Source: Mycobacterium sp. (lineage in GTDB: Bacteria > Actinomycetota > Actinomycetes > RYN-182). From it: 64,000 nucleotides of DNA. The notes under the pieces were generated by a model. It did no database searches, had not been told where the DNA came from, and saw nothing but the letters and a program-made list of their open reading frames with translations. Shown piece by piece: positions 1 to 9,975 of the stretch. Made by a program: the position numbers and the translations under genes. Position 1 is the stretch's first letter; each line of letters begins with the position of its first letter. The stretch covers positions 430 through 64,429 of the forward strand of contig JAOPWU010000149.1 in the NCBI GenBank assembly GCA_025965515.1. Reading direction: 5' to 3'.

Positions 1-689
1 GCGGGCTCGTCGTTCGGGACCCATCCAGGTGCACCCAGCTGTCAAGCCGGCTCTTCGGAGTTCATCGTGGTGGGGGTGCCCCCCGCGAGCCGCGGCTTCC
101 GATGGCGGAAGGAGCATCCGGAGGCGGTAGTTATCGAAGGTGCGGAAAGCCGTGGGCGAGGCCGTCGAGGCCGAGCGCGCTGACGGTCGCGTCGTCGTCA
201 GCGATCGCATCGGTCACGTAGCAGGTGGCCCGGCGGGTCAGCCGCGAGCGCGGCGCCGCCGGTTCGTGCGTCACGTGAACGTCACCACCGCACACGCGCG
301 CTCGGGGCAGCGCCAGACCCCCGAGTCGATCTCGGCCCGCAGGACAGGCAGACCGGGCACGCCGAACATCACGGCCGCCGTCGGGCAGCCCTCACCGCAG
401 TCCATCTCGTCGAGGCTTCTCGGACAGGTTGCCTGGTCGCTGCCGAGCCCTGAGGGTCTCCACCCCGTTTCAACCCGGACCCGGCTCCCGGCGCGCCGAC
501 ACGGTTACCGACCCTCAGCACGCTCAGCTCCGAAGTCCCGTCAAGCGGTCGAAGCAGGGTCGGACGCCCCGCGATCGCGGGACCGTGATGTCGCGAATGC
601 AGGCGCCAGACGCTCGCCCAAGGGCCGCGCCGAGCAAAACTGCAGTGGAGGTCTTGTGCGCATCCAGTAGCGCATGCAACAGTGCATGC

Positions 690-1760
690 ATGACGAGATT
701 CACACCTCCGGTGGACTCGATCGAGCCGTTTCGGCTCCTCGACACCTCCGGTAACCTGCTCGCCGACACAGCGATGACCCATGCCGCCACCCTCGAAGCG
801 TTCGAGTGGATGACTCTCGCGCGAACCTTCGACGAGAAGGCGACCAGCCTCCAGCGGCAAGGTCGCTTCGGTACGTTCTCATCCGTCCGGGGCCAGGAGG
901 CCTCGGTCGTGGGCGCCGCATCGGCGCTCGACCCGTCCCGGGACTGGATCGCGCCGCAGTACCGCGAACTGCCAGCGATCCTCCGCCACGGCATGCCGCT
1001 AGAGCACTTCGCGCTCTACTTCATGGGACACCCCCGCGGCTGCGTCATCCCCGACAACGTCAACATCCTTCCCATCCAGATCTCCCTGGCCGCCCAACTA
1101 CCGCAGGCCGTCGGTGTCGCCTGGGGTCTTAAGCTGCAGGGCGGTGACGGCGTAGTCACCGCCTTCCTCGGCGACGGCGCCTCATCGGAAGGCGACTTTC
1201 ACGAGTCCCTGAACCTCGCCGGCGTTATCAGGGCCCCGGTCGTCTTCTTCCTCCAGAACAACGGGTGGGCAATTTCCACCCCGCGCGCCAAACAAACGGC
1301 CGCCCGCACCTTCGCCGACCGCGCTGCCGGCTACGGCATTCATGGAGCCTACGTCGACGGTAACGACCTGCTCGCGGTCAACGCCGTCATGAGCGAGGCT
1401 GTCGAGCGGGCCCGGGCGGGGGAGGGACCCACCCTCATCGAGTCCCTCACCTGGCGCGCCGGCGCCCACAACACCGCCGACGACCCGACCAAATACGTCA
1501 CCGACGCCGACCACGAAGCGTGGGCAGGCACCGACCCGATTGTGCGGGTCGAGGCGTACTTGAGGAACGAAGGCGTCCTGGACGACGAAGGCCACGCTCA
1601 ACTCGCTTACCGGTGCGCAGCCGAAGTCGAGCGCGCCCTGGGTGTTGCCCAGGGCACCCCGGCCGCCGGCCCGGAGGCCCTCTTCGACCACGTCTACGCC
1701 GAGCCCTTCGCGCGCTTTCACGAGCAGCGCGAGGCGTGGCTCCAGATGCAGGAGGCCTGA
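690..1760 (+). CDS. 2-oxoacid dehydrogenase E1 component alpha subunit (TPP-dependent; pyruvate/acetoin/branched-chain family)
   Basis: In-frame ATG at residue 88 of ORF 429..1760; FRLLDTSGNLL N-terminus; TPP-binding E1alpha-like sequence (GDGASSEGDFHESLNLA, YGIHGAYVDGND); directly followed by E1beta/E2/E3. Confidence 0.85.
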   Translation: MTRFTPPVDSIEPFRLLDTSGNLLADTAMTHAATLEAFEWMTLARTFDEKATSLQRQGRFGTFSSVRGQEASVVGAASALDPSRDWIAPQYRELPAILRHGMPLEHFALYFMGHPRGCVIPDNVNILPIQISLAAQLPQAVGVAWGLKLQGGDGVVTAFLGDGASSEGDFHESLNLAGVIRAPVVFFLQNNGWAISTPRAKQTAARTFADRAAGYGIHGAYVDGNDLLAVNAVMSEAVERARAGEGPTLIESLTWRAGAHNTADDPTKYVTDADHEAWAGTDPIVRVEAYLRNEGVLDDEGHAQLAYRCAAEVERALGVAQGTPAAGPEALFDHVYAEPFARFHEQREAWLQMQEA

Positions 1761-1763
1761 GCA

Positions 1764-2747
1764 GTGGCCCAGAAGACGATGATCGAGTCCATCCGCGAAA
1801 CCCTCGCCGACGAGATGGCCCGCGACGAGCGCGTCATGGTCATCGGTGAAGACGTTGGCCGGCTCGGCGGCGTGTTCCGCGCTACCGAAGGCTTGCAGGC
1901 CAAGTTCGGCAAGGACCGGGTCGTCGACATGCCGTTGGCCGAAGGCGTCATCGTCGGTGCGGGTCTGGGGCTGGCGATGAGCGGCATGCGGCCCGTCGTC
2001 GAGATCCAGTTCCTTGGCTTCGCCCACCAGGCGTTTCACCAGATCGGCCAGCAGGTCGCCCGGCTCCGATATCGGTCCGCTGGCCGACACTCGGTACCGA
2101 TGGTAATTCGCGCTCCGTTCGGTGGCGGTGTCCGCACCCCCGAACTCCACTCGGACGCGTTCGAGGCGTTGTATGTCCACTGCCCGGGCCTCAAGGTCGT
2201 GGCCCCGTCGACCGCCTACGACGCCAAGGGGCTGCTCACGGCTGCCCTCGACACCGACGACCCAGTACTTTACCTCGAGCCGCTCAAGGGCTACCGACTC
2301 CAGCGCGACGAGGTCCCCGACAAGCGATATGCGCTTCCCATTGGCAAGTCTCAGGTCGTGCGCTCGGGCACTGACGTCACGATCGTCGCATGGTCCGCCG
2401 CCGTGCAGTTGGCGCTGAAGGCAGCCGACGAGCTGGCGGAAAAGGGCATCAACGCCCTCGTCCTCGACCTGCGTTCCTTGGTGCCGCTCGACGTGGAAGG
2501 CGTCGCCGCAGCTGTCTCCGCGACCGGCCGCGCCGTCATCCTTCACGAGGCGCCGCTGACCGGGGGGTTCGGCTCCGAGCTGGCCGCGACAATTCAGCAG
2601 GAGTGCTTCTACGACCTGCTGGCCCCGGTGTACCGCATCACTGCACCCGACACCCCCTACCCTCTGGCCGGCATCGAAGACGCTTACGTACCCAATCAGG
2701 CGCGAGTCGTCCGTGACGTCCAGGCGCTGATGGCGGTCGCACCGTGA
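1764..2747 (+). CDS. 2-oxoacid dehydrogenase E1 component beta subunit (transketolase-like)
   Basis: 327 aa; MAQKTMIESIRETL...VMVIGEDVGRLGGVFRATEGLQ classic E1beta; GTG start 4 nt after E1alpha stop. Confidence 0.9.
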   Translation: MAQKTMIESIRETLADEMARDERVMVIGEDVGRLGGVFRATEGLQAKFGKDRVVDMPLAEGVIVGAGLGLAMSGMRPVVEIQFLGFAHQAFHQIGQQVARLRYRSAGRHSVPMVIRAPFGGGVRTPELHSDAFEALYVHCPGLKVVAPSTAYDAKGLLTAALDTDDPVLYLEPLKGYRLQRDEVPDKRYALPIGKSQVVRSGTDVTIVAWSAAVQLALKAADELAEKGINALVLDLRSLVPLDVEGVAAAVSATGRAVILHEAPLTGGFGSELAATIQQECFYDLLAPVYRITAPDTPYPLAGIEDAYVPNQARVVRDVQALMAVAP

Positions 2748-4018
2748 CCGACCTCGTCGAGTTCCGCATGCCCGATGTCGGCGAAGGCATCGCTGTAGCA
2801 GACGTCCTCCAGTGGTTCGCCGAAGTTGGCGACACCGTCACCGTCGACCAGCCGATGGTGCAGGTCGAAACTGACAAGTCAATCGTCGAGATCCCAGCCC
2901 CGGCCACAGGAACCCTGCTCAGACAGTGCGTCCCGGTCGGGAAGGTCGCCAAGGTGAACGACCTTCTCGCCGTCATCGGCGACCCGGCAACTGTCCCTGC
3001 CGGACCGGCGCTCCCGTCGGGTCCGACTGTGCCCCTCGGCGCAGGAGTGGATGCCGACGTCGCAGCTGGCACCGAGAGTTTCAATGGTTTAGCGAACGGC
3101 GCTACTGCTCCCGCGAGTGCATCGGCAGCGGCCACGCCGCGCCGGCGCCCTATGGCCAGCCCCCGCACGCGCCGGCTTGCTGTCCAGCGTGGCATAGACC
3201 TCACCGCCGTTCTCGGCACCGGCCCGCACGGACGCATCTTGGAAGTCGACCTCGATAACCCGACTTCGGCTAACGGATTCGCTGCCGGGGCTAAGTCTGC
3301 TCCGGATGCCCGTACCGGGGGTGCACGGATCAACGAGGTCGTCGAGCTCCGCGGCCTGCGGCGTTCCATCGCACGGTCCATGACCGAGGCACTGACGATC
3401 CCGCACGTCACGGAGTTTCGAGAGGTTGACGCGACCAATCTGCTCGCCGCCCGTGCCGCGCTCAAGCCAGCATTCGAAGCCAAGGGTGTTCGTTTCTCGG
3501 TCTTCCCCCTGCTCCTCAAGGCAGTCATACGGGCACTAGCCATTCAGCCGTCGCTCAACGCGACCTATGAGGCCGCCACCGAGACCCTCACCAAGCATGC
3601 AGGAGTCCATCTGGGTATGGCGACCGCCACCGACGACGGACTCATCGTTCCGGTCATCCGCGACGCCGACCTGCTCAACCTCACCGAGTTGGCCATCGAA
3701 GTCGAACGCCTTGCCGCGCGTGCCCGGACCCGCACCGCCACCCGCGAAGAGCTCACCAGCGGCTCATTCACAGTCACCAACTTCGGTTCGTTCGGCACCT
3801 GGATCGGCACCCCGATCATCCGGCCCCCGGAGGTTGGCATCGCCGGCTTTGGTCGCATCACTGACAAGGTCATCGCCGTTGAGGGTCATCCGGCGGTCCG
3901 CCCAGTCCTTCCAATCGTGGTCGCCATCGACCACCGCATCAACGACGGTGCCCATCTAGCCGAGTTCGTCAACGCAGTGGCAGACGCGGTTTCCCAGCCG
4001 CTGCTGCTGCTGTCCTAG
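2744..4018 (+). CDS. dihydrolipoamide acyltransferase E2 component
   Basis: N-terminal lipoyl domain (VETDKSIVEIPAP), Ala/Pro linker, E3-binding region, C-terminal catalytic domain with DHRINDGAHLAEF motif; GTGA overlap with E1beta stop. Confidence 0.9.
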   Translation: MTDLVEFRMPDVGEGIAVADVLQWFAEVGDTVTVDQPMVQVETDKSIVEIPAPATGTLLRQCVPVGKVAKVNDLLAVIGDPATVPAGPALPSGPTVPLGAGVDADVAAGTESFNGLANGATAPASASAAATPRRRPMASPRTRRLAVQRGIDLTAVLGTGPHGRILEVDLDNPTSANGFAAGAKSAPDARTGGARINEVVELRGLRRSIARSMTEALTIPHVTEFREVDATNLLAARAALKPAFEAKGVRFSVFPLLLKAVIRALAIQPSLNATYEAATETLTKHAGVHLGMATATDDGLIVPVIRDADLLNLTELAIEVERLAARARTRTATREELTSGSFTVTNFGSFGTWIGTPIIRPPEVGIAGFGRITDKVIAVEGHPAVRPVLPIVVAIDHRINDGAHLAEFVNAVADAVSQPLLLLS

Positions 4019-4032
4019 GAGAACTGAAACCA

Positions 4033-5484
4033 ATGGTCGTTGGAGAGATGCCTGAAGGCGTCGACCTGCTTGTGGTCGGCGGCGGCCCCGGCGGATACGT
4101 CGCCGCCCTCGCCGCAGCCCAGCTAGGGCGCAAGGTCGTCCTCGTCGACGCCGACGGCGAGGACGGACTCGGCGGAATCTGCGTACGCGTCGGCTGCATT
4201 CCGTCCAAGGCGCTTATCGAGCTCTCCTCCCACATTCACGCCCAGCACGCGTGGCACGAACGGGGAGCCCCGACCCCTGCCAATGAAACCGTCGACCTGG
4301 TCAAGTTCCAGGGCTGGAAGCGCGACGTCGTCGGCGGCCTGAACAACGGCGTCCGCGGACTCCTCAACCGCGCCGGCGTCGACGTCCGACGCGGCTGGTT
4401 TCGCTTCACTCGCCCCGACCAGGGGGCCCTGGTCACCGACCCGGACCGGCCGCCCACACACCTGCAGTTCAAGTCATGCATCATCGCGACCGGCTCCCGC
4501 CCACTTGAGCTCAAGCATCTCCCGTTCGACGGCAAGCGCGTCGTGTCTTCCACCGCGATCCTCGACCTGACCGAACTCCCGAAGAAAGTGGCCGTCGTTG
4601 GCGGCGGTTACATCGGCCTCGAACTCGGCACAGCCCTCGCCAAGCTCGGTTCCGCGGTCACCATAGTGGAAGCCCAAGAGTCCCTGCTGCCCACGATGAA
4701 CGTCACCATCGGCAACCTGATCGCCAAGCAACTCGAAAAGTTCGGCGTCGAGGTGATCACGAACTCCAGGGTCACAGGTGACACCGGCACCAAGCTCCAG
4801 GTCCAAACCTCGAACGGGTCACTCGAGCTTGACGTCGACCTGGTCGTTGTTGCCGTCGGACGTGTCCCGAATACGGACGACCTGGGCCTGGAGGCGCTGC
4901 GCGTCACCCCCGGAGCTGACGGCCGGCTCCCAGTCGACACCGACCTCCTCCTGACACCCCGCGTCGCGGCCATCGGTGACATAACCCCCGGCCCTGCGCT
5001 CGCTCACAGGGCCAGTGCCCAGGCTCACGTTGCCGCAGGCGTCCTTTCGGGCCGTCCCGAACGGTTCGACCCGACCACGATCGCGACGGTCGTGTTCAGT
5101 GACCCTGAGGTCGCCCAGGCCGGTTTCACCGCCGCCGGTGCCGCCGAAGCCGGGTACAAACCCGGGATCGCAAGTTTCCCGATCTCAGCCTCCGGTCGCG
5201 CCCGAACGATGGGGGAAAGCATCGGCTTCGCCGAGTACGTCTATGACGAAGACACCGGAATCGTAATCGGCGTCACCATAGTCGGCGCCCACGCCAGTGA
5301 ACTTATCGCTGAGGCCGCCCTCGCCATAGAAATGGCAGCGCATCTCGAGGACATCACCGGAACCATCCACGCCCACCCGACGATGGCCGAAATCCACCAC
5401 GAAGCCGCCTCCGTCGCCATCGGCCGCCCCATCCACGTGCCCGCAGCCAAGCGTCGCGACACCGGCGAAGGAGGAGCAGCGTGA
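4033..5484 (+). CDS. lpdA: dihydrolipoyl dehydrogenase E3
   Basis: VVGGGPGGYVAALAAAQLG FAD site; redox disulfide GGICVRVGCIPSKAL; HAHPTMAE C-terminal motif; AGGAGA RBS upstream of ATG. Confidence 0.9.
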   Translation: MVVGEMPEGVDLLVVGGGPGGYVAALAAAQLGRKVVLVDADGEDGLGGICVRVGCIPSKALIELSSHIHAQHAWHERGAPTPANETVDLVKFQGWKRDVVGGLNNGVRGLLNRAGVDVRRGWFRFTRPDQGALVTDPDRPPTHLQFKSCIIATGSRPLELKHLPFDGKRVVSSTAILDLTELPKKVAVVGGGYIGLELGTALAKLGSAVTIVEAQESLLPTMNVTIGNLIAKQLEKFGVEVITNSRVTGDTGTKLQVQTSNGSLELDVDLVVVAVGRVPNTDDLGLEALRVTPGADGRLPVDTDLLLTPRVAAIGDITPGPALAHRASAQAHVAAGVLSGRPERFDPTTIATVVFSDPEVAQAGFTAAGAAEAGYKPGIASFPISASGRARTMGESIGFAEYVYDEDTGIVIGVTIVGAHASELIAEAALAIEMAAHLEDITGTIHAHPTMAEIHHEAASVAIGRPIHVPAAKRRDTGEGGAA

Positions 5485-6233
5485 TCAATCAGCCCCCGCC
5501 GACTATCCACGCGCCCCTGGGTCAGATCGCCAACGGCTACCCAATTGGAATGCTGTGCGCGCAATGGAACATCCCCTTTGTTCCAGGCGACCTCAACCAC
5601 GCCGCCACTTTTGACTTCCCTATGCGGTACCTCGCAGTCGAGGGGCTCATCGGTGCGGACATCCTGCGCGGAAACGGCGAGAAGTTCACTGACCTCATGG
5701 TCACCGCCGCGCAGCGCCTCGAGATGGAAGGGGTCCGCGCCATCACTTCCAATTGCGGCTTCATGGCCATCTACCAGGAGGTCGTCGCAGAAGCGGTCAA
5801 CGTGCCCGTGTTCCTCTCAAGTCTGCTCCAACTCAACATGGTCACTCGAATGGTCGGCACCAACCGTAAGGTCGGCGTTCTGGCAGCCAACTCTGAGGCC
5901 GTCACGCCTGACCTCCTAGCCCACGTCGGATTCACCGACCTCGACCGCCTGGCCGTCCAGGGCATGGAGAACTACCCGCACTTCCGGGAAGTCATCTTTG
6001 ACGAGATCGGCAGAATGGAACCGGCTCGGTTCGCTTGCGAGGTCGTCGAAGGCGCCCGCCTGCTTCAGAATAACAACCCCGACATCGGTGCCATTGTCGT
6101 CGAGTGCTCGGACCTGCCCGCGTACTCCGCGGCCCTGCGGGAAGCCACCGGTCTTCCTGTCTTCGACTGGGCGTCGCTCATCGACTACATGCACTACGCC
6201 GTCGTCCCCCGTACCTACACCGGAACGTACTAA
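5481..6233 (+). CDS. Asp/Glu/hydantoin racemase superfamily protein (maleate isomerase / arylmalonate decarboxylase-like)
   Basis: 250 aa; two conserved Cys contexts (SNCGFM and VVECSDLP) typical of the family; GTGA overlap with lpd stop. Family assignment from sequence memory only. Confidence 0.55.
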   Translation: MINQPPPTIHAPLGQIANGYPIGMLCAQWNIPFVPGDLNHAATFDFPMRYLAVEGLIGADILRGNGEKFTDLMVTAAQRLEMEGVRAITSNCGFMAIYQEVVAEAVNVPVFLSSLLQLNMVTRMVGTNRKVGVLAANSEAVTPDLLAHVGFTDLDRLAVQGMENYPHFREVIFDEIGRMEPARFACEVVEGARLLQNNNPDIGAIVVECSDLPAYSAALREATGLPVFDWASLIDYMHYAVVPRTYTGTY

Positions 6234-6260
6234 AACACCCGACACAGGAGAAAGCACCTC

Positions 6261-6650
6261 ATGAGCGAGATTCGAATCGTCAACCCGTCCGACTTCGGGC
6301 CGGCTCTGTTCCCCTACTCGCAGGCCACCGTCGCCAACGGCTTCGTGTTCGTTGCCGGCCAGGTCGCCCTCGACGACGACAACAATGTGGTCGCACCCGG
6401 TGACGCCTACGAGCAAACTCTCGTCACCCTCGACCGCGTTGCCCGAATCCTTTCGGAGGTCGGAGGCACCCTTCAAGACATCGTGACCGCCACCGTCTTC
6501 GTCCCCGGGCTGGAGCACTTGCCCGGCTTCAACAAGGCCTGGGAAGAGAAGTTCGGATCCCACCGACCCGCACGCGCGGCCGTCGTCGCCGGTCTCCTGA
6601 TCGACGGCCTCGTCGTCGAGGTCCAGTCCACCGCCATCGCACGCGGCTGA
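6261..6650 (+). CDS. ridA: RidA/YjgF family reactive enamine-imine deaminase
   Basis: 129 aa; PYSQATVANGFVFVAGQVALD...GARPARAAV typical RidA; GGAGAA RBS. Confidence 0.85.
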   Translation: MSEIRIVNPSDFGPALFPYSQATVANGFVFVAGQVALDDDNNVVAPGDAYEQTLVTLDRVARILSEVGGTLQDIVTATVFVPGLEHLPGFNKAWEEKFGSHRPARAAVVAGLLIDGLVVEVQSTAIARG

Positions 6651-6673
6651 CAAATGAATGGAGACAATTAACA

Positions 6674-7942
6674 ATGAAGACAGTTGTCGTCGGTGGAGGC
6701 GTGGTGGGCGTGACCACCGCCTACTATCTCGCCCGTGATGGGCACGAGGTCACCGTCCTGGAGAAGGCGACCGAACTGGGCACGGACGCCACCGGCGGCA
6801 ACGCCGGCCTCATCGCCCCCACTCACTCTTTCGCGTGGGCCTCTCCGCAGGCCCCCATGATGCTCGTGAAGTCTCTGATGGGTCAGGCCACCGCCATCCG
6901 CGTCAAGCTCAGCCTCGACCCGCGGTTCCTTTGGTGGGGCATGCAATTCCTACGTGAGTGCACCACCAAGCGCTCCCGCGCCAACACGGTCGTGAAGCTT
7001 GGACTCGCCCAGTACAGCCAGGCGGAGATGTACCGCCTCGAAGAGGCGGAGTCCCTCGACTATGACGTGGTCAAGAAGGGAGCCGTCTACCTGTACCGGG
7101 ACGAACGGGACCTTGACATCGGGCTGAAGAAGATGTCCCTCCTGTCCGAACACGGCCAGCCGATCAGGCGGCTCAGCCCCGAGGAGCTCGTAGCTCTCGA
7201 CCCGGCCTTCCAGAACACCGCACGAATCGTCAAGGGAGCGATCCATGGAGTCGGTGACGGCAGCGGTAACTCTGAAAAGTTCACCACCGCCCTCGCCGAG
7301 GTCTGCCGCGAAAAGCATGGCGTTCAGTTCGTCAGCGGGGTCACTGCCCAGCGGTTCGTCGCCCAGGGGAACCGCATCACCGCCTTGGTCACGGACCGTG
7401 GTGAGTTCGCCGCAGACCAGTTCATCCTGGCCGCTGGCATCCAAAGCCCAATCCTATCGCGGACAGTCGGACAGAACGTCCCGGTCTACCCGGCCAAGGG
7501 ATTCTCCATCACCGCGCAGGTGAAGGACGACTCCGCTGCGCCGACCGTCGGGGGCGTGGACGAAAAGACTCTGGTCGCCTGGTCGCGCTTTGGCGACACC
7601 CTGCGCATCTCCTCGACTGCAAAGTTCGACGGATACAACCGCGAGTACGCCCCCAGTGACTTCGATAACATCTTCAAGACCGCGGAGGAACTGTTCCCCG
7701 GTGCCGCCGACTGGGACAACGCCCAGATTCGGTCGTGCATGAGACCGATGACTCCCGACGGGCCGCCCATCATCGGCAAGGGTCAGCGCCATACGAACCT
7801 GTACTACAACACCGGGCACGGTCACATGGGCTGGACCATGGCATGCGGGTCCAGCCTCCTGCTCGCCGACGCTATCGCCGGCCGCCGCCCAGCGCTCGAC
7901 ATGACCCCCTTCGTGGTCCGCAGTCGCAGGACGCTGCGATGA
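6674..7942 (+). CDS. FAD-dependent oxidoreductase, D-amino acid dehydrogenase (DadA)-like
   Basis: 422 aa; MKTVVVGGGVVGVTTAYYLARDGHEVTVLE Rossmann FAD motif; DAO-family length and C-terminus. Confidence 0.8.
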   Translation: MKTVVVGGGVVGVTTAYYLARDGHEVTVLEKATELGTDATGGNAGLIAPTHSFAWASPQAPMMLVKSLMGQATAIRVKLSLDPRFLWWGMQFLRECTTKRSRANTVVKLGLAQYSQAEMYRLEEAESLDYDVVKKGAVYLYRDERDLDIGLKKMSLLSEHGQPIRRLSPEELVALDPAFQNTARIVKGAIHGVGDGSGNSEKFTTALAEVCREKHGVQFVSGVTAQRFVAQGNRITALVTDRGEFAADQFILAAGIQSPILSRTVGQNVPVYPAKGFSITAQVKDDSAAPTVGGVDEKTLVAWSRFGDTLRISSTAKFDGYNREYAPSDFDNIFKTAEELFPGAADWDNAQIRSCMRPMTPDGPPIIGKGQRHTNLYYNTGHGHMGWTMACGSSLLLADAIAGRRPALDMTPFVVRSRRTLR

Positions 7943-8694
7943 CGCGACTCGCACTCGTCACGGGCGGCGCCAAAGGCATCGGCCAGGCGATTTCCCGTAA
8001 GCTCGCTGAAGCCGGCTACGAGGTCATCGTCACGGGCCGTGATCAGGCGGCTCTGGAAGCAGAACTTGTTGAACTGACCAACATGGGGTTCAAGGCGCAC
8101 GCGCGACGCATGGACGTCAGTGACTCCGCCTCGGTCAGCGCCGCCTTCGCCGACATCGAAGAGAACATCGGCGCCGTGCTCCTGCTCGTGAACTGCGCCG
8201 GCGTCATCGTCCGAAACGACGCCGAGAAGTACAGCGACGACGACTGGCTCAGGGTCATCGACACCGACCTCAACGGCGTCTTCTGGTGCGCTCGCACCGC
8301 GGCACGCGGAATGCTCGCAGCCGGCCATGGCGTCATCGTGAATGTCGGATCCGTAGCCGCGCTCGCCGGAATCTCGGGCCGCGTCAGTTATACGACCGCC
8401 AAGGCTGGCCTCTCCGGGCTCACCCGCACGCTTGCCCTCGAGTGGGCCAAGCATGGCGTGCGGGTCAACACGATCGCACCCGGCTGGACCATGACCGAGA
8501 TGGTCCGGTCCGGATTCGAGTCGGGGCGTCTTGACGAAGCTGCCCTCATAGGGCGCATCCCAATGGGCCGACTTGCAAGTACCGATGAGATTGCGTCCGT
8601 CGTGCTCTTCTTGGCTTCCGACGCGGCGTCCTACATCACCGGGCAGATACTCCCCGTTGACGGTGGCTTCACCATCAACGGCGACTGCCCCTGA
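7939..8694 (+). CDS. short-chain dehydrogenase/reductase (3-oxoacyl-ACP reductase-like SDR)
   Basis: ATG overlapping dadA-like stop (ATGA); TGGAKGIGQAI glycine motif; NCAG; YTTAKAGLSGLTRTLALE catalytic YxxxK. Confidence 0.85.
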   Translation: MTRLALVTGGAKGIGQAISRKLAEAGYEVIVTGRDQAALEAELVELTNMGFKAHARRMDVSDSASVSAAFADIEENIGAVLLLVNCAGVIVRNDAEKYSDDDWLRVIDTDLNGVFWCARTAARGMLAAGHGVIVNVGSVAALAGISGRVSYTTAKAGLSGLTRTLALEWAKHGVRVNTIAPGWTMTEMVRSGFESGRLDEAALIGRIPMGRLASTDEIASVVLFLASDAASYITGQILPVDGGFTINGDCP

Positions 8695-8771
8695 GAACTC
8701 GGGACCGGGCCCACCGAAACGGACGCACTGAGCAGCGAATGCAAGCAATGCATTCCGACAAAGGAGAACAG

Positions 8772-9941
8772 ATGCACCGTACCCACAGCACGGCCCGAGT
8801 GATGGCCCTTGGGGTCCCGCTCGTGCTGGCGCTCTCGATGTCTGCCTGCGGGTCTGGCAGCAGCGCAACCAAGCAGGCCGGTCTACCGTCGGCGAATCCC
8901 AGTCTCAAGGGAACGATCACCCTCGGAGCCGTCCTGCCGATGACCGGCACCAATGCCACAATCGGGAAGGACCAGCAGCGCGGTATCGACCTCGCCGTCG
9001 CGAAGGTCAACGCTGCCGGTGGTGTGCTAGGGAAGAAGCTCGTCGTCCACACTGAGGACTCCCAGGGGCAGGCCGACTCGGCCATCCAAGCCGCGAAGAA
9101 GCTCGTGAGCGTGGACAAGGTGCCCGCCGTGATTGGTGAGTACTCGTCGGGCATCTCCATTCCGATGGAGCAGTACCTGCAAAGCCAAGGCGTCGTCGGG
9201 GTGAACCCCGGTAGCTCCTCCGTCCAGATGCGCAGTACCGGTTCGCTGCAGTTCTCCACCATCGGTCTCGATGATGTTGCCGGCGCGTTCAGCGCTAATG
9301 CACTGTGGCAGAAGGGCTACAAGTCGATCTCGATCCTGGCCCCAAACAACGCCTACGGGACAGGCATCGTCAGTTCGGTCTCTCAGGCGTTCACTAAGCT
9401 CGGCGGCAAGGTCAACGCCTCCGAGCTCTACACGGAGGGTCAGGCCGACTACCGCCAGGAGCTCGGGCGCCTGCAGAACTCCAAGGCTGACGCCACCGTC
9501 GTGACCACATACGGCAAGGACGGTGCCACGATCGACAAGGAGATCTACGAGCTGAACATGACGGCCAAGCCGGTCTTCGACATCTACCTGTCGGAGGACA
9601 TTCCCGACGCGGATCCCAAGGCTGTCGAGGGACGGGTCGGCATGGACGTCAACGCGATCTCCGCCCAGGGCAAGCCGTATGCCGACTACTACCAGAAGAC
9701 CTATGGCCAGAACTTCATCTCGTCCTTCAACGGTTACACCTACGACGCCGTGACGATGCTCGCCGCCGCGATCAACAAGGCAGATGCAACGGACTCAACG
9801 GCCATCTCGACGGCACTCGTCACGGTATCGCGCACCTATAACGGCGTCACCGGGCCAATCGATTTCGACGCCGATGGTCAGCGGTCCAGCCAGCCTTACG
9901 TCCTTGCCACCGTCAAGAACGGCCAGATCATCCCCCAGTAG
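8772..9941 (+). CDS. branched-chain amino acid ABC transporter substrate-binding lipoprotein (LivJ/LivK family)
   Basis: AAGGAG RBS 6 nt upstream; signal peptide plus lipobox (LALSMSACGSG); periplasmic binding protein type I fold; followed by livHMGF. Confidence 0.8.
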   Translation: MHRTHSTARVMALGVPLVLALSMSACGSGSSATKQAGLPSANPSLKGTITLGAVLPMTGTNATIGKDQQRGIDLAVAKVNAAGGVLGKKLVVHTEDSQGQADSAIQAAKKLVSVDKVPAVIGEYSSGISIPMEQYLQSQGVVGVNPGSSSVQMRSTGSLQFSTIGLDDVAGAFSANALWQKGYKSISILAPNNAYGTGIVSSVSQAFTKLGGKVNASELYTEGQADYRQELGRLQNSKADATVVTTYGKDGATIDKEIYELNMTAKPVFDIYLSEDIPDADPKAVEGRVGMDVNAISAQGKPYADYYQKTYGQNFISSFNGYTYDAVTMLAAAINKADATDSTAISTALVTVSRTYNGVTGPIDFDADGQRSSQPYVLATVKNGQIIPQ

Positions 9942-9975
9942 GAACGCGACTTGCATCGGAGTTGAGGTAGCAACG

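Noticed and set aside
281-386. 45-aa minus-strand ORF MDCGEGCPTAAV...CPERACA with a Cys-rich pattern, in the 690-bp region upstream of E1alpha
   Set aside because: Below the ORF size threshold, no RBS or family recognised, and it lies in a leader region with mixed frames. Possibly a fragment of a decayed gene, but unsupported.
1182-2546. 454-aa minus-strand ORF across the E1alpha/E1beta genes
   Set aside because: Antisense to well-supported E1 genes; R/G/D-rich low-complexity product typical of high-GC shadow frames.
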